DNA from: Ramlibacter sp.
GTDB taxonomy: Bacteria > Pseudomonadota > Gammaproteobacteria > Burkholderiales > Burkholderiaceae_C
Length of the DNA stretch: 64,000 nt
Direction of reading: 5' to 3'
Assembly (NCBI GenBank): GCA_046597415.1
Contig: JBKJKT010000023.1
Location: 4,243 to 68,242, forward strand
Each line of letters opens with the position of its first letter. The stretch's first letter is position 1. Under the pieces are notes generated by a model. That model was given only the letters and a program-made list of their open reading frames with translations, had not been told where the DNA came from and did no database searches. Made by a program: the position numbers and the translations under genes. Below, in pieces: positions 1 through 9,794 of this stretch.

Positions 1-538
1 CGGCATACCCGTCGAAAAGGCCCTGCACATACGCAGCTGGCGGGGTTCGCGGGGCAGTACCGCCATCCAACGCAGCCAGGTAATAGCGGTTCAACTCCAC
101 ATCTGACCCGCTCGCAATCGCCTGTCGATACGCGACTGCTGCTTCATCGCCGCGTCCCTGTTCGCGAAGCAGCGTGCCTTTCAAGCTCCATGCACTGCCG
201 CGTGTCGAGTCAATTGCGAGAAGCCTGTCCACATCGGCTAGCGCTTCGCGAGCCTGCCCCAACTCTGCCAGCGCGGTGGCCCGATGGCCGAGCGCTTCAA
301 CGTTGTCCGGCTCCTGCTCCAAAACCTCGAACAGCAACTCCTGCGCCTCGGCAAACTTGCCGAGCTTGAGCCGGGTGGCCCCCAGGTTCAAGAGCGTGGA
401 GACCCGCCCCGGCAACAGCGCCAACGAAGCCGCAAACTGCCGCTCGGCCTCCTGAAGGCGACCCGCCTCGTAGTGCCCCACCCCGGCCATGAAAAAATCG
501 CGCGCCTGCGCCATGTTGGAATCCATCGCGCCCATCAT
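1..538 (-). CDS. TPR-repeat protein, N-terminal part (gene runs off the window start; a methyltransferase-like module probably follows)
   Basis: Own reverse-strand translation from ATGATG at 538/535 gives [69 protein letters not shown]...[10 protein letters not shown]. The frame is open to position 1 and shows TPR-like periodicity. It is absent from the ORF track because it lacks a stop inside the window. Confidence 0.6.
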   Translation of the reverse strand, partial: MMGAMDSNMAQARDFFMAGVGHYEAGRLQEAERQFAASLALLPGRVSTLLNLGATRLKLGKFAEAQELLFEVLEQEPDNVEALGHRATALAELGQAREALADVDRLLAIDSTRGSAWSLKGTLLREQGRGDEAAVAYRQAIASGSDVELNRYYLAALDGGTAPRTPPAAYVQGLFDGYA

Positions 539-568
539 AGGCAAGGCAGCGCCTGCGACAATCAGGAG

Positions 569-1675
569 ATGAGATTCGCCCCCTTGCGCAATGACAATTT
601 CCTGCGCGCCTGCCAACGCCTGTCCACTCCCCACACCCCCATCTGGCTCATGCGCCAGGCCGGCCGATACCTTCCCGAGTACCGCGCCACGCGGGCCAGG
701 GCAGGCAGCTTCATGGGGCTGGCCACCAATGTCGACTACGCCACCGAAGTCACGCTGCAACCGCTGGAGCGCTATGACCTTGACGCGGCCATTCTTTTTT
801 CGGACATCCTGACCATTCCCGACGCGATGGGCCTCGGGCTGAGCTTCGCGCTGGGCGAGGGGCCGAAATTCGAGCGGCAGGTGCGCGATGAGGCAGCCGT
901 CGCTGCGCTGGCCGTCCCCGACATGGACAAGCTGCGTTACGTATTCGATGCAGTCACGTCGATTCGAACGGCGCTGGACGGCCGCGTCCCGCTCATCGGC
1001 TTCTCGGGAAGCCCCTGGACGCTCGCCTGCTATATGGTCGAAGGCGCGGGTTCCGACGACTATCGGCTCGTCAAGACCATGCTCTACAGCAGGCCCGACC
1101 TGATGCATCGCATGCTTCAGATCAACGCCGACTCGGTCGCCGCCTATCTCAACGCACAGATCGAAGCTGGCGCACAGGCCGTGATGATCTTTGATAGCTG
1201 GGGCGGCGTGCTCGCTGATGGCGCCTTTCAGGAATTCAGCTTGGCGTATACCGCACAGGTGCTATCGAAATTGAAGCGCACACATGACGGCGCGGTGATC
1301 CCCCGCATCGTCTTCACAAAGGGCGGTGGCCTCTGGCTGCAGCAGATGGGCTCGCTCGACTGCGAAGTGCTCGGGCTGGACTGGACGATGAACCTGGGCG
1401 TGGCGCGCGCGGCGGTGGGCGGCAGCAAGGCGCTCCAGGGCAATATCGATCCCAATGTGCTTTTTGCAGGCCCCGACCAGGTGGCGGCCGAAGCGGTCAA
1501 GGTGCTGGAGAGTTTCGGCGCAGCTCACACAGGCGAAGGCACGGGGCCGACTCACATTTTCAACCTGGGTCATGGCATCAGCCAGCACACGCCGCCTGAC
1601 AACGTGAAGGTGCTGGTCGATGCGGTTCATGCACATTCGAAGCACATGCGCGGTGCGTGCCAAGCTCAACTTTAG
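569..1675 (+). CDS. hemE: uroporphyrinogen decarboxylase
   Basis: From the in-frame ATG at 569 the product starts [43 protein letters not shown]. This aligns with the E. coli HemE N-terminus (LKNDRYLRAL...[12 protein letters not shown]). Length is about 368 aa. The track start at 284 overlaps the divergent TPR gene. Confidence 0.95.
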   Translation: MRFAPLRNDNFLRACQRLSTPHTPIWLMRQAGRYLPEYRATRARAGSFMGLATNVDYATEVTLQPLERYDLDAAILFSDILTIPDAMGLGLSFALGEGPKFERQVRDEAAVAALAVPDMDKLRYVFDAVTSIRTALDGRVPLIGFSGSPWTLACYMVEGAGSDDYRLVKTMLYSRPDLMHRMLQINADSVAAYLNAQIEAGAQAVMIFDSWGGVLADGAFQEFSLAYTAQVLSKLKRTHDGAVIPRIVFTKGGGLWLQQMGSLDCEVLGLDWTMNLGVARAAVGGSKALQGNIDPNVLFAGPDQVAAEAVKVLESFGAAHTGEGTGPTHIFNLGHGISQHTPPDNVKVLVDAVHAHSKHMRGACQAQL

Positions 1676-1739
1676 GAGCCCGCGTCATCAGGGAGTTCCC
1701 TAGGTCTCAAGGTTGGCGAAAAATTTGCGGTCTATCGAC

Positions 1740-1748
1740 TTATGCACA
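1740..1748 (+). promoter_or_regulatory. DnaA-box match TTATGCACA (fits TTATNCACA)
   Basis: Read directly from the AT-rich hemE-priA spacer; one mismatch to TTATCCACA. Confidence 0.4.
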
Positions 1749-1814
1749 AAAACCGGCGAGCGGGGACGCATCGGACCGCCCGAGTGCTACAAAACCCATA
1801 GCGCTCGTAAGTCG

Positions 1815-1882
1815 TTGATTTGTAAGGATTTCGATTCAGGCGAATTTTGTGGCAATGAAGCCCAAGCCCTTGATTTTTCAGG
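1815..1882. repeat. AT-rich GATTT-type short repeats (TTGATTTGTAAGG, GATTTCGATTCAGG, TTGATTTTTCAGG)
   Basis: The 13-mers at 1815-1827 and 1870-1882 share 10/13 positions. A third GATTT...CAGG element lies at 1827-1840. All sit between the two DnaA-box matches. Confidence 0.4.
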
Positions 1883-1917
1883 CACTCCAGACCATCGTCG
1901 CCTTTCTATCAACAAAG

Positions 1918-1926
1918 TTATCCACA
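1918..1926 (+). promoter_or_regulatory. perfect consensus DnaA box TTATCCACA
   Basis: Exact 9-mer about 100 nt upstream of the priA start, in the same orientation as the box at 1740. Confidence 0.45.
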
Positions 1927-2022
1927 CAAGTTGCACCCGAACCGCAAAGCTCATTTAAATCAAAGACTTAAAGCAGACTCCTTAACTGCAACTCAAGAGT
2001 TCGCCGCCAAGCACAGCCTTTA

Positions 2023-4068
2023 ATGACCTTTAGTATTGCCGTCGTCGTCCCAACACCTGCCCACAGTGCTGTAAGGGGACCGCTGAGCTATCAAAGTGAG
2101 CTGCCACTTGCGCCCGGAACTCTGGTGCGCGTGCCGCTTGGCCGCCGCGAAGTGTTGGGCGTGGTCTGGGAAGAGGTGCCGGAGCGCGAAAATACCCGCG
2201 GCGACGCCGACAACAAGCCCATTGCGGGCGTCCTTGCTGGTGTTTCGCCACTGACGTCACATTGGCGACAGCTGGTTACGTTCTCATCGAAGTACTACCA
2301 ACGGGGCCTGGGTGAAGTCGCCCTGGCCGCGTTGCCGCCTCAGCTGCGCGACATGAACGCCGTGCAGCTGGCGCGGCGATTGAAGCGAAAGGGGGCGGAC
2401 GACTCCATCGCGCCAGCACAAGGTCCGGAGCTGACCGAGGAACAGGCCCGTGCGCTTCGCGCCTTTGAGACCGAGGCGGGTCCATTCCTGCTGTTCGGCG
2501 CGACCGGCAGCGGCAAGACCGAGGTGTACCTGCAGGCCGTGGCATCGCTGCTCGCGCGCGAGCCGGACGCACAGGCGCTGGTGATGGTGCCCGAGATCAA
2601 CCTCACGCCTCAATTGCAGGCGCGCTTCATCGCACGATTTGGCGAATCAAACGTCGTCGCGATGAACAGCGGCATGACGAACCCGCAGCGACTGAAGAGC
2701 TGGCTCTCTGCTCACAACGGCGCTGCACGCATCGTGCTCGGCACACGAATGGCGGTGTTCGCTTCAATGCCGAACCTGCGGCTCATCGTCGTGGATGAAG
2801 AACACGACCCGAGCTACAAGCAGCAAGAGGGCGCCCGCTATTCGGCACGAGACCTCGCTGTGCTTCGCGGCAAGCAGGAGGGCGCGAAAGTGCTGCTGGG
2901 CTCCGCCACGCCTTCGCTGGAAAGCTGGCACGCCACCGAATCGGGGAAGTACCAGCGACTGGTCATGGCGGCGCGCGTGGGCGAGTCGGGCGGGTTTCCA
3001 GCAGTGCGCCTGGTGGACATGAACCTGCAGCCCAAGCGCGCGGTGTTCTCGCATCAGTTGCTCGACGCGATACAGCAGCGTGTAGCACGAGGCGAGCAGT
3101 CGCTCATCTTCCTGAACCGCCGCGGCTATGCGCCCGTGCTTTCCTGCACCTCATGCGACTGGAAAAGCGAATGCCCCAACTGCAGCGCCTACCGCGTGTT
3201 CCACAAGATCGACCGCACGCTGCGTTGCCATCACTGCGGCTTCACCGAGCCCGTTCCACGCGCCTGTCCCGCCTGCGGCAATGTGGATATCGCAGCCGTG
3301 GGCCGCGGCACCGAGCGGCTGGAGGAAAACCTGGCGGAGCTGCTCGCACCCATCAAGCGAACCAATGGCGAACCGGTACGGATCGCGCGGATGGACGCCG
3401 ACAGCACGCGCCTGAAGGGCGCGCTCGAGCGTCAACTGGCGCGGGTACACGCAGGTGAAGTCGATGTGCTGGTCGGCACGCAGATGGTGACCAAGGGCCA
3501 TGATTTTCGCGGCATCACGCTGGTCGCAGCGCTCAACGCCGATTCGGCGCTGTTTTCCAGCGACTTCCGGGCTCCCGAACGGTTGTTCTCACTGTTGATG
3601 CAGGCGGCAGGGCGCGCTGGACGTGACGCGTCGCAGGCGTCGGCAAGCGAAATGTGGGTGCAAACCTTCCACCCCAGGCATCCGCTGTTCACAGCGCTGC
3701 GTGCGCACGACTACCCCGCGTTCGCCACACAACAACTCAAAGAGCGTGAACAGGCCGGCATGCCGCCTTTCGGCTACCAGGCCTTGCTTCGCGCCGATGC
3801 CCGCACGCAGGAAGCGGCGCAGGCGTTCCTGCAGGCGGCAGCCGTACAGGCGCAGGATGTACCGGACGCCGACCGGGTCGTGCTCTATCCCGCAGTGCCA
3901 CTCACGATCCAGCGTGTGGCCAATGTCGAACGCGCGCAGATGCTGGTTGAAAGCGCATCGCGTGTGGCCTTGCAACGATTCCTCGCCGCGTGGCAGCCGG
4001 TGTTGCATGCAACAACAGAAAAGGGCCTGATCCGCTGGGCCATCGACGTGGACCCGCTGATGATTTGA
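2023..4068 (+). CDS. priA: primosomal replication-restart helicase PriA
   Basis: 681 aa. Carries Walker A GATGSGKTEVYL, a DExH box (VVDEEHD) and the Cys-rich zinc block CTSCDWKSECPNCSAYRVFH...CHHCG...CPACG typical of PriA. Confidence 0.95.
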   Translation: MTFSIAVVVPTPAHSAVRGPLSYQSELPLAPGTLVRVPLGRREVLGVVWEEVPERENTRGDADNKPIAGVLAGVSPLTSHWRQLVTFSSKYYQRGLGEVALAALPPQLRDMNAVQLARRLKRKGADDSIAPAQGPELTEEQARALRAFETEAGPFLLFGATGSGKTEVYLQAVASLLAREPDAQALVMVPEINLTPQLQARFIARFGESNVVAMNSGMTNPQRLKSWLSAHNGAARIVLGTRMAVFASMPNLRLIVVDEEHDPSYKQQEGARYSARDLAVLRGKQEGAKVLLGSATPSLESWHATESGKYQRLVMAARVGESGGFPAVRLVDMNLQPKRAVFSHQLLDAIQQRVARGEQSLIFLNRRGYAPVLSCTSCDWKSECPNCSAYRVFHKIDRTLRCHHCGFTEPVPRACPACGNVDIAAVGRGTERLEENLAELLAPIKRTNGEPVRIARMDADSTRLKGALERQLARVHAGEVDVLVGTQMVTKGHDFRGITLVAALNADSALFSSDFRAPERLFSLLMQAAGRAGRDASQASASEMWVQTFHPRHPLFTALRAHDYPAFATQQLKEREQAGMPPFGYQALLRADARTQEAAQAFLQAAAVQAQDVPDADRVVLYPAVPLTIQRVANVERAQMLVESASRVALQRFLAAWQPVLHATTEKGLIRWAIDVDPLMI

Positions 4069-4069
4069 A

Positions 4070-5047
4070 CTACTCCCTCCCCTTCCGGGAAATGGGAGGG
4101 GTAGGGGCTGCGCCTTTCAAGGCGAGCGCCTTCTCATAAAGCACATTTTTCGACTCCCCCGAAATCTCGGCCGCCAGCTTCACCGCAGTCTTCAAGGGCA
4201 ATTCCGCCATCAGCAGCCCCAGCACCCGCAGCCCTTCGCCATCAGACTTTGCCTGCGCCGCAGGATGCAGCACCAGCGCAAACTCACCCCGTGTCCGCGA
4301 CGAATCCGCATCGAGCCACGCGGCAAACTCCCCGCAAGAAACCGTCGCCACCTGCTCGAATTGCTTGGTCAACTCGCGCCCCACCGTCACAGGCCGCGCA
4401 CCGAGCACAGCCAACGATTTCGCCAGCGCCTCGATCCGATGCGGCGCCTCCAGAAACACCACCGCACGCTGCTCCTGAGCAAGCCCAGCCACCGCCGAAT
4501 CACGCTCGCCCGCCTTGGCCGGAAGAAATCCCGCAAAGACAAACGCACCGGCATCGCCCATTGCACCCGCCACGCTCAGAACCGAAGTCACGCTGCTCGC
4601 CCCCGGCAAGGGCACCACCCGAAACCCAGCCGCGCGAACCGCAGCCACCAGTCGCGCACCGGGGTCGCTCACCGCAGGCGTTCCGGCATCGCTCGCATAG
4701 GCGATGCGCTCATCTCGCTGCAACCGCTCAATCACCTGCTGCGCGGCCTGCGCTTCATTGTGTTCATGCACAGGCAGCAACTGCGCACCGGGCCTGTCGA
4801 TGCCGTAAGCCCGCAGCATCGACTGGGTATGCCGCGTGTCCTCGCATGCCACCGCGTCAGCGATCTGAAGCACATGCAGAGCACGCAGACTGATGTCAGC
4901 CAGGTTGCCGATGGGGGTGGCGACGATGTAGAGCGCGGCCTGCGGATAATGCTGCGACGCCGCTGCTTCGCGGGCAGCGCCAAGGGCCAGGGAAAAAGAA
5001 GCGCTCAATGCCGACACCTCAAAAAAAAGATCACACCCATTCAACAA
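4070..5047 (-). CDS. rsmI: 16S rRNA (cytidine1402-2'-O)-methyltransferase RsmI
   Basis: LYIVATPIGNLADISLRALHVLQIADAVACEDTRHT matches the RsmI/tetrapyrrole-methylase family N-terminus. The track start is a TTG at 5047; a GTG at 5017 is an alternative, so the start is uncertain. Confidence 0.9.
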   Translation of the reverse strand: MLNGCDLFFEVSALSASFSLALGAAREAAASQHYPQAALYIVATPIGNLADISLRALHVLQIADAVACEDTRHTQSMLRAYGIDRPGAQLLPVHEHNEAQAAQQVIERLQRDERIAYASDAGTPAVSDPGARLVAAVRAAGFRVVPLPGASSVTSVLSVAGAMGDAGAFVFAGFLPAKAGERDSAVAGLAQEQRAVVFLEAPHRIEALAKSLAVLGARPVTVGRELTKQFEQVATVSCGEFAAWLDADSSRTRGEFALVLHPAAQAKSDGEGLRVLGLLMAELPLKTAVKLAAEISGESKNVLYEKALALKGAAPTPPISRKGRE

Positions 5048-5412
5048 CTGTCACCCGGACCACCAAGCAATCCGGAGACGCTGCCGAAGAAATCGCCCTG
5101 GATCATCTTCGCGCCAACGGCCTGAAGCTGCTCACGCGCAATTATCGAACCCCGGGGCGCGGCGGCGGCGAGATCGACCTGGTGATGCGGGATGCGGCCG
5201 GTACGCTGGTGTTCGTCGAGGTGAGAAAGCGGGCCAGCCGCTCCCACGGCGGCGCGGCGGCGAGCGTGAGCCACTTCAAGCAGCGCAGCATCATCTTCGC
5301 AGCGAGGCACTACCTCATGCGATTGCCGGAGCAGCCGCCCTGCCGGTTCGATGTGGTGAGCGTTGAAGCTGGCACGCTAGAGTGGCTCAAGGCTGCATTC
5401 GACGCAGCCTAG
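5008..5412 (+). CDS. yraN: YraN-family (UPF0102) endonuclease-like protein
   Basis: TTKQSGDAAEEIALDHLRANGLKLLTRNYR...GGEIDLVMRD parallels E. coli YraN (TTKQTGDAWE...GGEIDLIMRE). It is divergent from rsmI, as in enterobacterial synteny. Confidence 0.85.
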   Translation: MPTPQKKDHTHSTTVTRTTKQSGDAAEEIALDHLRANGLKLLTRNYRTPGRGGGEIDLVMRDAAGTLVFVEVRKRASRSHGGAAASVSHFKQRSIIFAARHYLMRLPEQPPCRFDVVSVEAGTLEWLKAAFDAA

Positions 5413-5423
5413 GCCTCGCCCAT

Positions 5424-6239
5424 TCAGGGCGTTTGTAGCAACGCGCCCTTCCAGAGCACCGGCCCAGTCGGTCCACCTTCGCCCGGCACGCCGCCACGGG
5501 GCTCCAGGCTCACCGCCAATGCAGGCGTCTGGCGAAGCTGCGCTTCTGCAGTCGCAAGCCGAATTACCGGCGTGCCGCCCAGAACACCGAGCGAGCGGGG
5601 CTGGCCGCCTGCTGGCAGGGCCCACAGCTGCAGCGACTTTTCCGGTCCTTCGCTGTACTGGCCCACGCGCTTTAGCGTGAGCGTGCTGTGCTTGGGATCG
5701 AATGTCACCAGCATCGACGGTGCGGCCTGGTCATCCGAGAGGACGGCGATGTACTGGATTTCAGGCTTGCCCTGAAGCTCGGAAGCCAGCTTGATGTTTT
5801 GCTGTTCCAAGGTGTTGCGTGCGCCTGCGAGCTGGGCCAGTTGCCCATCGCGCTCCTGCACCTGGTCCCCCAGATAGAAAGCGATGCCAAACGCTGCCGC
5901 TGCGGCCATGCCGCCCGCCCAGGTCGCGCCCTGCCACCAACGCAAGCGGGTGGGCGGCGCCACAACGGCACCATCGCGAGCGCCAGCCATCGTGGCAGCC
6001 GTCCGCTCGACCGCCAACTGATTGTCGATGCGCTTCCAGACATTGACGCTGGGCATCTCGGATTTTTGCAGTTCGGTCATGGCGGCGAACCTTTCCTGCC
6101 AGACGAGGGCGCTGGCGCGCAACGCCGGGCTCTGCCGTGCCTGCGATTCGAAGCGACGCCGGGCACCGCCTCGCAGCGTACCCAGGGCATAGGCGGCCGC
6201 AATGCGGTCGGCGAGATCGGGATGGTCAAGAAGATTCAT
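5424..6239 (-). CDS. anti-sigma factor, RskA (anti-sigma-K)-like, single-pass membrane protein
   Basis: Starts at the internal ATG 6239 (MNLLDHPDLADRIAAAYALGTL...), 10 nt after the sigma-factor stop. Has a central TM segment (WAGGMAAAAAFGIAFYLG). The C-terminal LQLWALPAGGQPRSLGVL block is typical of the RskA domain. Confidence 0.75.
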   Translation of the reverse strand: MNLLDHPDLADRIAAAYALGTLRGGARRRFESQARQSPALRASALVWQERFAAMTELQKSEMPSVNVWKRIDNQLAVERTAATMAGARDGAVVAPPTRLRWWQGATWAGGMAAAAAFGIAFYLGDQVQERDGQLAQLAGARNTLEQQNIKLASELQGKPEIQYIAVLSDDQAAPSMLVTFDPKHSTLTLKRVGQYSEGPEKSLQLWALPAGGQPRSLGVLGGTPVIRLATAEAQLRQTPALAVSLEPRGGVPGEGGPTGPVLWKGALLQTP

Positions 6240-6249
6240 GAGGCGGCGC

Positions 6250-6852
6250 TCACGCAAAGCGTCCCATGCAACCGCGCAACTGCTCGATGCCGCGGCGTAT
6301 CCATGTCTTGACCGTGCCAAGGGGCAGCTTGAGCTGTTCGGCAAGTTCGCCGTGGCTCATGTCGCGCAAGTACGCCAGACTCACCACTTCACGCTGGCGC
6401 GACTCGAGCTTGCGCAGGCACTCGTGCAAGGCCCACGCAGTTTCACTCGCCTGGCTCGCGTCCATCGGGTCGGCTGAATCGCCGGGAATGGTTTCGCGCA
6501 GCGTGTCATCAAGTTCCACCGCGATATCGGCACGTTCACTGGTGCGCCGGCGCCGGAAGTCGAGCGCGCGGCTGCGCACGATCACGCCCATCCATGCGAG
6601 CGGGGGGCTCAGTGCAGCGCGATAGTCACCCGCAATACGCCAGATGTTGAGATAGGTTTCCTGAAGCACGTCCTCGGCCCAGTCGCGATTGGATACAACC
6701 CGCATCGCGAGGCCGAACATCCGCGACGATGTCAGGTCGTACAACTCGCGCAGGGCCGCTTCGCCATCGGCCGTGCGGTTTTCTGATCCGGAGCGGGCAG
6801 CGATGCGATCAAGCAGGGCTATGAGATGCTGGTCTTGAAGGTTGGTATCCAT
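6250..6852 (-). CDS. ECF-type sigma-70 family RNA polymerase sigma factor
   Basis: Starts at the internal ATG 6852 (MDTNLQDQHLIALLDRIAA...). Region 2 (VLQETYLNIWRIAGDY) and region 4 (REVVSLAYLRDMSHGELAEQLKLPLGTVKTWIRRG) are recognisable. Confidence 0.85.
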   Translation of the reverse strand: MDTNLQDQHLIALLDRIAARSGSENRTADGEAALRELYDLTSSRMFGLAMRVVSNRDWAEDVLQETYLNIWRIAGDYRAALSPPLAWMGVIVRSRALDFRRRRTSERADIAVELDDTLRETIPGDSADPMDASQASETAWALHECLRKLESRQREVVSLAYLRDMSHGELAEQLKLPLGTVKTWIRRGIEQLRGCMGRFA

Positions 6853-6937
6853 GGCGAGCGGATGGGCGGCCTGCAGATAGTTCCTGCAAACCGCTGATTC
6901 GGAATCGACCTTTATAGCGTACAACCTCATGCAATGA

Positions 6938-8316
<1,379 letters not shown>

Positions 8317-8493
8317 CAGGCTGCCGGCACTGTCCAATGTTGGTTCAGGCGCTCACCAGCACGTGCCGGTGGGCCAGCCCGGTCGAAGCGGACGGCGTGA
8401 CCGTAGGCGTCCTACAACCGCGTGCACCTTTTTCCTGCAACCTTCCCAGCCGCTGGTTCCCAGACTGAGTTCAGACACGAACTGGGAGCCAGC

Positions 8494-8778
8494 ATGAGCA
8501 ACAACACGAGCGTGGGGCGCGGCCCCGCATCCGGCGGCAATGAGAATCATGACGGCGATCCGCGGAACACGACCTTCGGCGAGAATGTGGGACAGGAGCC
8601 GCCCGCCGGCAATGACCTGATCGACGAAGCGGCGATCGGAAGCCCTGCCGGCGTGCCGGGCACCGAACCGAAGCCCGGCTTTGCCGACCAGGCAGCCCGT
8701 GCGTATCCCGATGGCCCGAATGTGGAGGCGAGCCCCTGGGAGCTGGAAGCGGCCCGGGGCAAGTTGCCGCCCAAGTGA
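8494..8778 (+). CDS. small Gly/Pro/Asp-rich hypothetical protein (94 aa), predicted disordered
   Basis: ATG at 8494 lies 6 nt after GGGAG. GC-rich third positions. No recognisable domain. Confidence 0.5.
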   Translation: MSNNTSVGRGPASGGNENHDGDPRNTTFGENVGQEPPAGNDLIDEAAIGSPAGVPGTEPKPGFADQAARAYPDGPNVEASPWELEAARGKLPPK

Positions 8779-8790
8779 TGAGCCGGTTCG

Positions 8791-8827
8791 TTCAGCCGCT
8801 TACTTCAGCCGCTTACTTCAGCCGCTT
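8791..8827. repeat. 13-nt tandem repeat TTCAGCCGCTTAC, about 2.8 copies
   Basis: Copies at 8791-8803 and 8804-8816, plus a partial copy at 8817-8827. The repeat contains the stop codon and last codons (KRLK*) of the dehydrogenase gene on the minus strand. Confidence 0.85.
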
Positions 8828-9715
8828 GATGAGACTGGACGTATCCCAGCGCTTGCCGCCTAGCTGCTGCACGTCGGCGTAGAACTGGTCCACCAGCGCA
8901 GTCACGGGCAGGCGCGCACCATTGCGTTTGGCTTCGTCGAGCACCAGACCCAGGTCCTTGCGCATCCAGTCCACCGCAAAGCCGAACTCGAACTTGCCTT
9001 CAATCATCGTCTTGCCGCGGTTGTCCATCTGCCAGCTTTGCGCCGCGCCCTTGCCGATGACATCGAGCACCTGGACCATGTCCAACCCGGCTTTCTGGCC
9101 GAATGCAATCGCCTCCGACAGCCCCTGGACCAGCCCCGCAATCGCGATCTGGTTCACCATCTTGGCGAGCTGGCCCGCGCCGCTCGCGCCCAGCAGGGTG
9201 AAAGCACGCGAGAACGCGAGGGCGACTGGCTTGGCCGCTTCAAAAGCGCCAGCATCACCGCCACACATCACTGTCAAAAGCCCGTTCTGCGCGCCCGCCT
9301 GACCACCGGAAACCGGTGCATCGACGAACTCGATGCCCAGGGCCTGGCCCTTGGCGTAGAGCTCACGCGCCACATCAGCAGAGGCCGTCGTGTGATCAAC
9401 CAGTACCGCACCTTTTTTCATGCCGGCAAACGCGCCATCCGGTCCCAGAACCACGGACCGCAAGTCTTCGTCGTTACCGACGCAGCAAAACACGAGATCG
9501 CAGCCGGCAACGGCTTCGCGTGGCGTGGCAGCTGACTTACCCTTGAATTCACTGGTCCACGCGTCCCGCTTTGGCGCGCTGCGGTTGTAAACGGTGACCT
9601 CATGCCCGGCCAACGCGAGGTGCCCCGCCATCGGGAACCCCATCACGCCGAGGCCGAGAAACGCGACTTTGCGCGCAGGGGTGGATTCGTAGGTCTTGGG
9701 GTTGGTCGATGCCAT
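8813..9715 (-). CDS. NAD(P)-dependent oxidoreductase, 3-hydroxyisobutyrate dehydrogenase family
   Basis: Rossmann N-terminus KVAFLGLGVMGFPMAGHLA, 300 aa, and a typical family C-terminal domain (DWMRKDLGLVLDEA). Confidence 0.85.
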   Translation of the reverse strand: MASTNPKTYESTPARKVAFLGLGVMGFPMAGHLALAGHEVTVYNRSAPKRDAWTSEFKGKSAATPREAVAGCDLVFCCVGNDEDLRSVVLGPDGAFAGMKKGAVLVDHTTASADVARELYAKGQALGIEFVDAPVSGGQAGAQNGLLTVMCGGDAGAFEAAKPVALAFSRAFTLLGASGAGQLAKMVNQIAIAGLVQGLSEAIAFGQKAGLDMVQVLDVIGKGAAQSWQMDNRGKTMIEGKFEFGFAVDWMRKDLGLVLDEAKRNGARLPVTALVDQFYADVQQLGGKRWDTSSLIKRLK

Positions 9716-9794
9716 GTGTTGTTACTCCTGGGAATGTCGCGGGATTCTAGGCGCGCACCGGCCCGGGCGCGGGCAGGGCGCGCGCGGACCCTCT

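Noticed and set aside
284-568. N-terminal 95-codon extension of the hemE ORF in the track
   Set aside because: It overlaps the divergent TPR gene (start 538). The translated extension is Arg/Gln-rich nonsense. HemE aligns from the ATG at 569.
1713-1958. 81-aa ORF inside the hemE-priA spacer
   Set aside because: Low GC and A/T-ending codons are completely unlike the local coding bias. There is no RBS. The region is better explained as regulatory DNA.
1676-2022. Calling this spacer the chromosomal origin (oriC)
   Set aside because: There are only two DnaA-box matches; I found no further boxes with two or fewer mismatches on either strand. No dnaA/dnaN is nearby and there is no skew information in a 64-kb window. 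It is kept as a finding, not as a feature call.
4249-5125. 214-aa and 286-aa plus-strand ORFs
   Set aside because: They are antisense to rsmI, and the products are Pro/Arg/His-rich low-complexity sequence.
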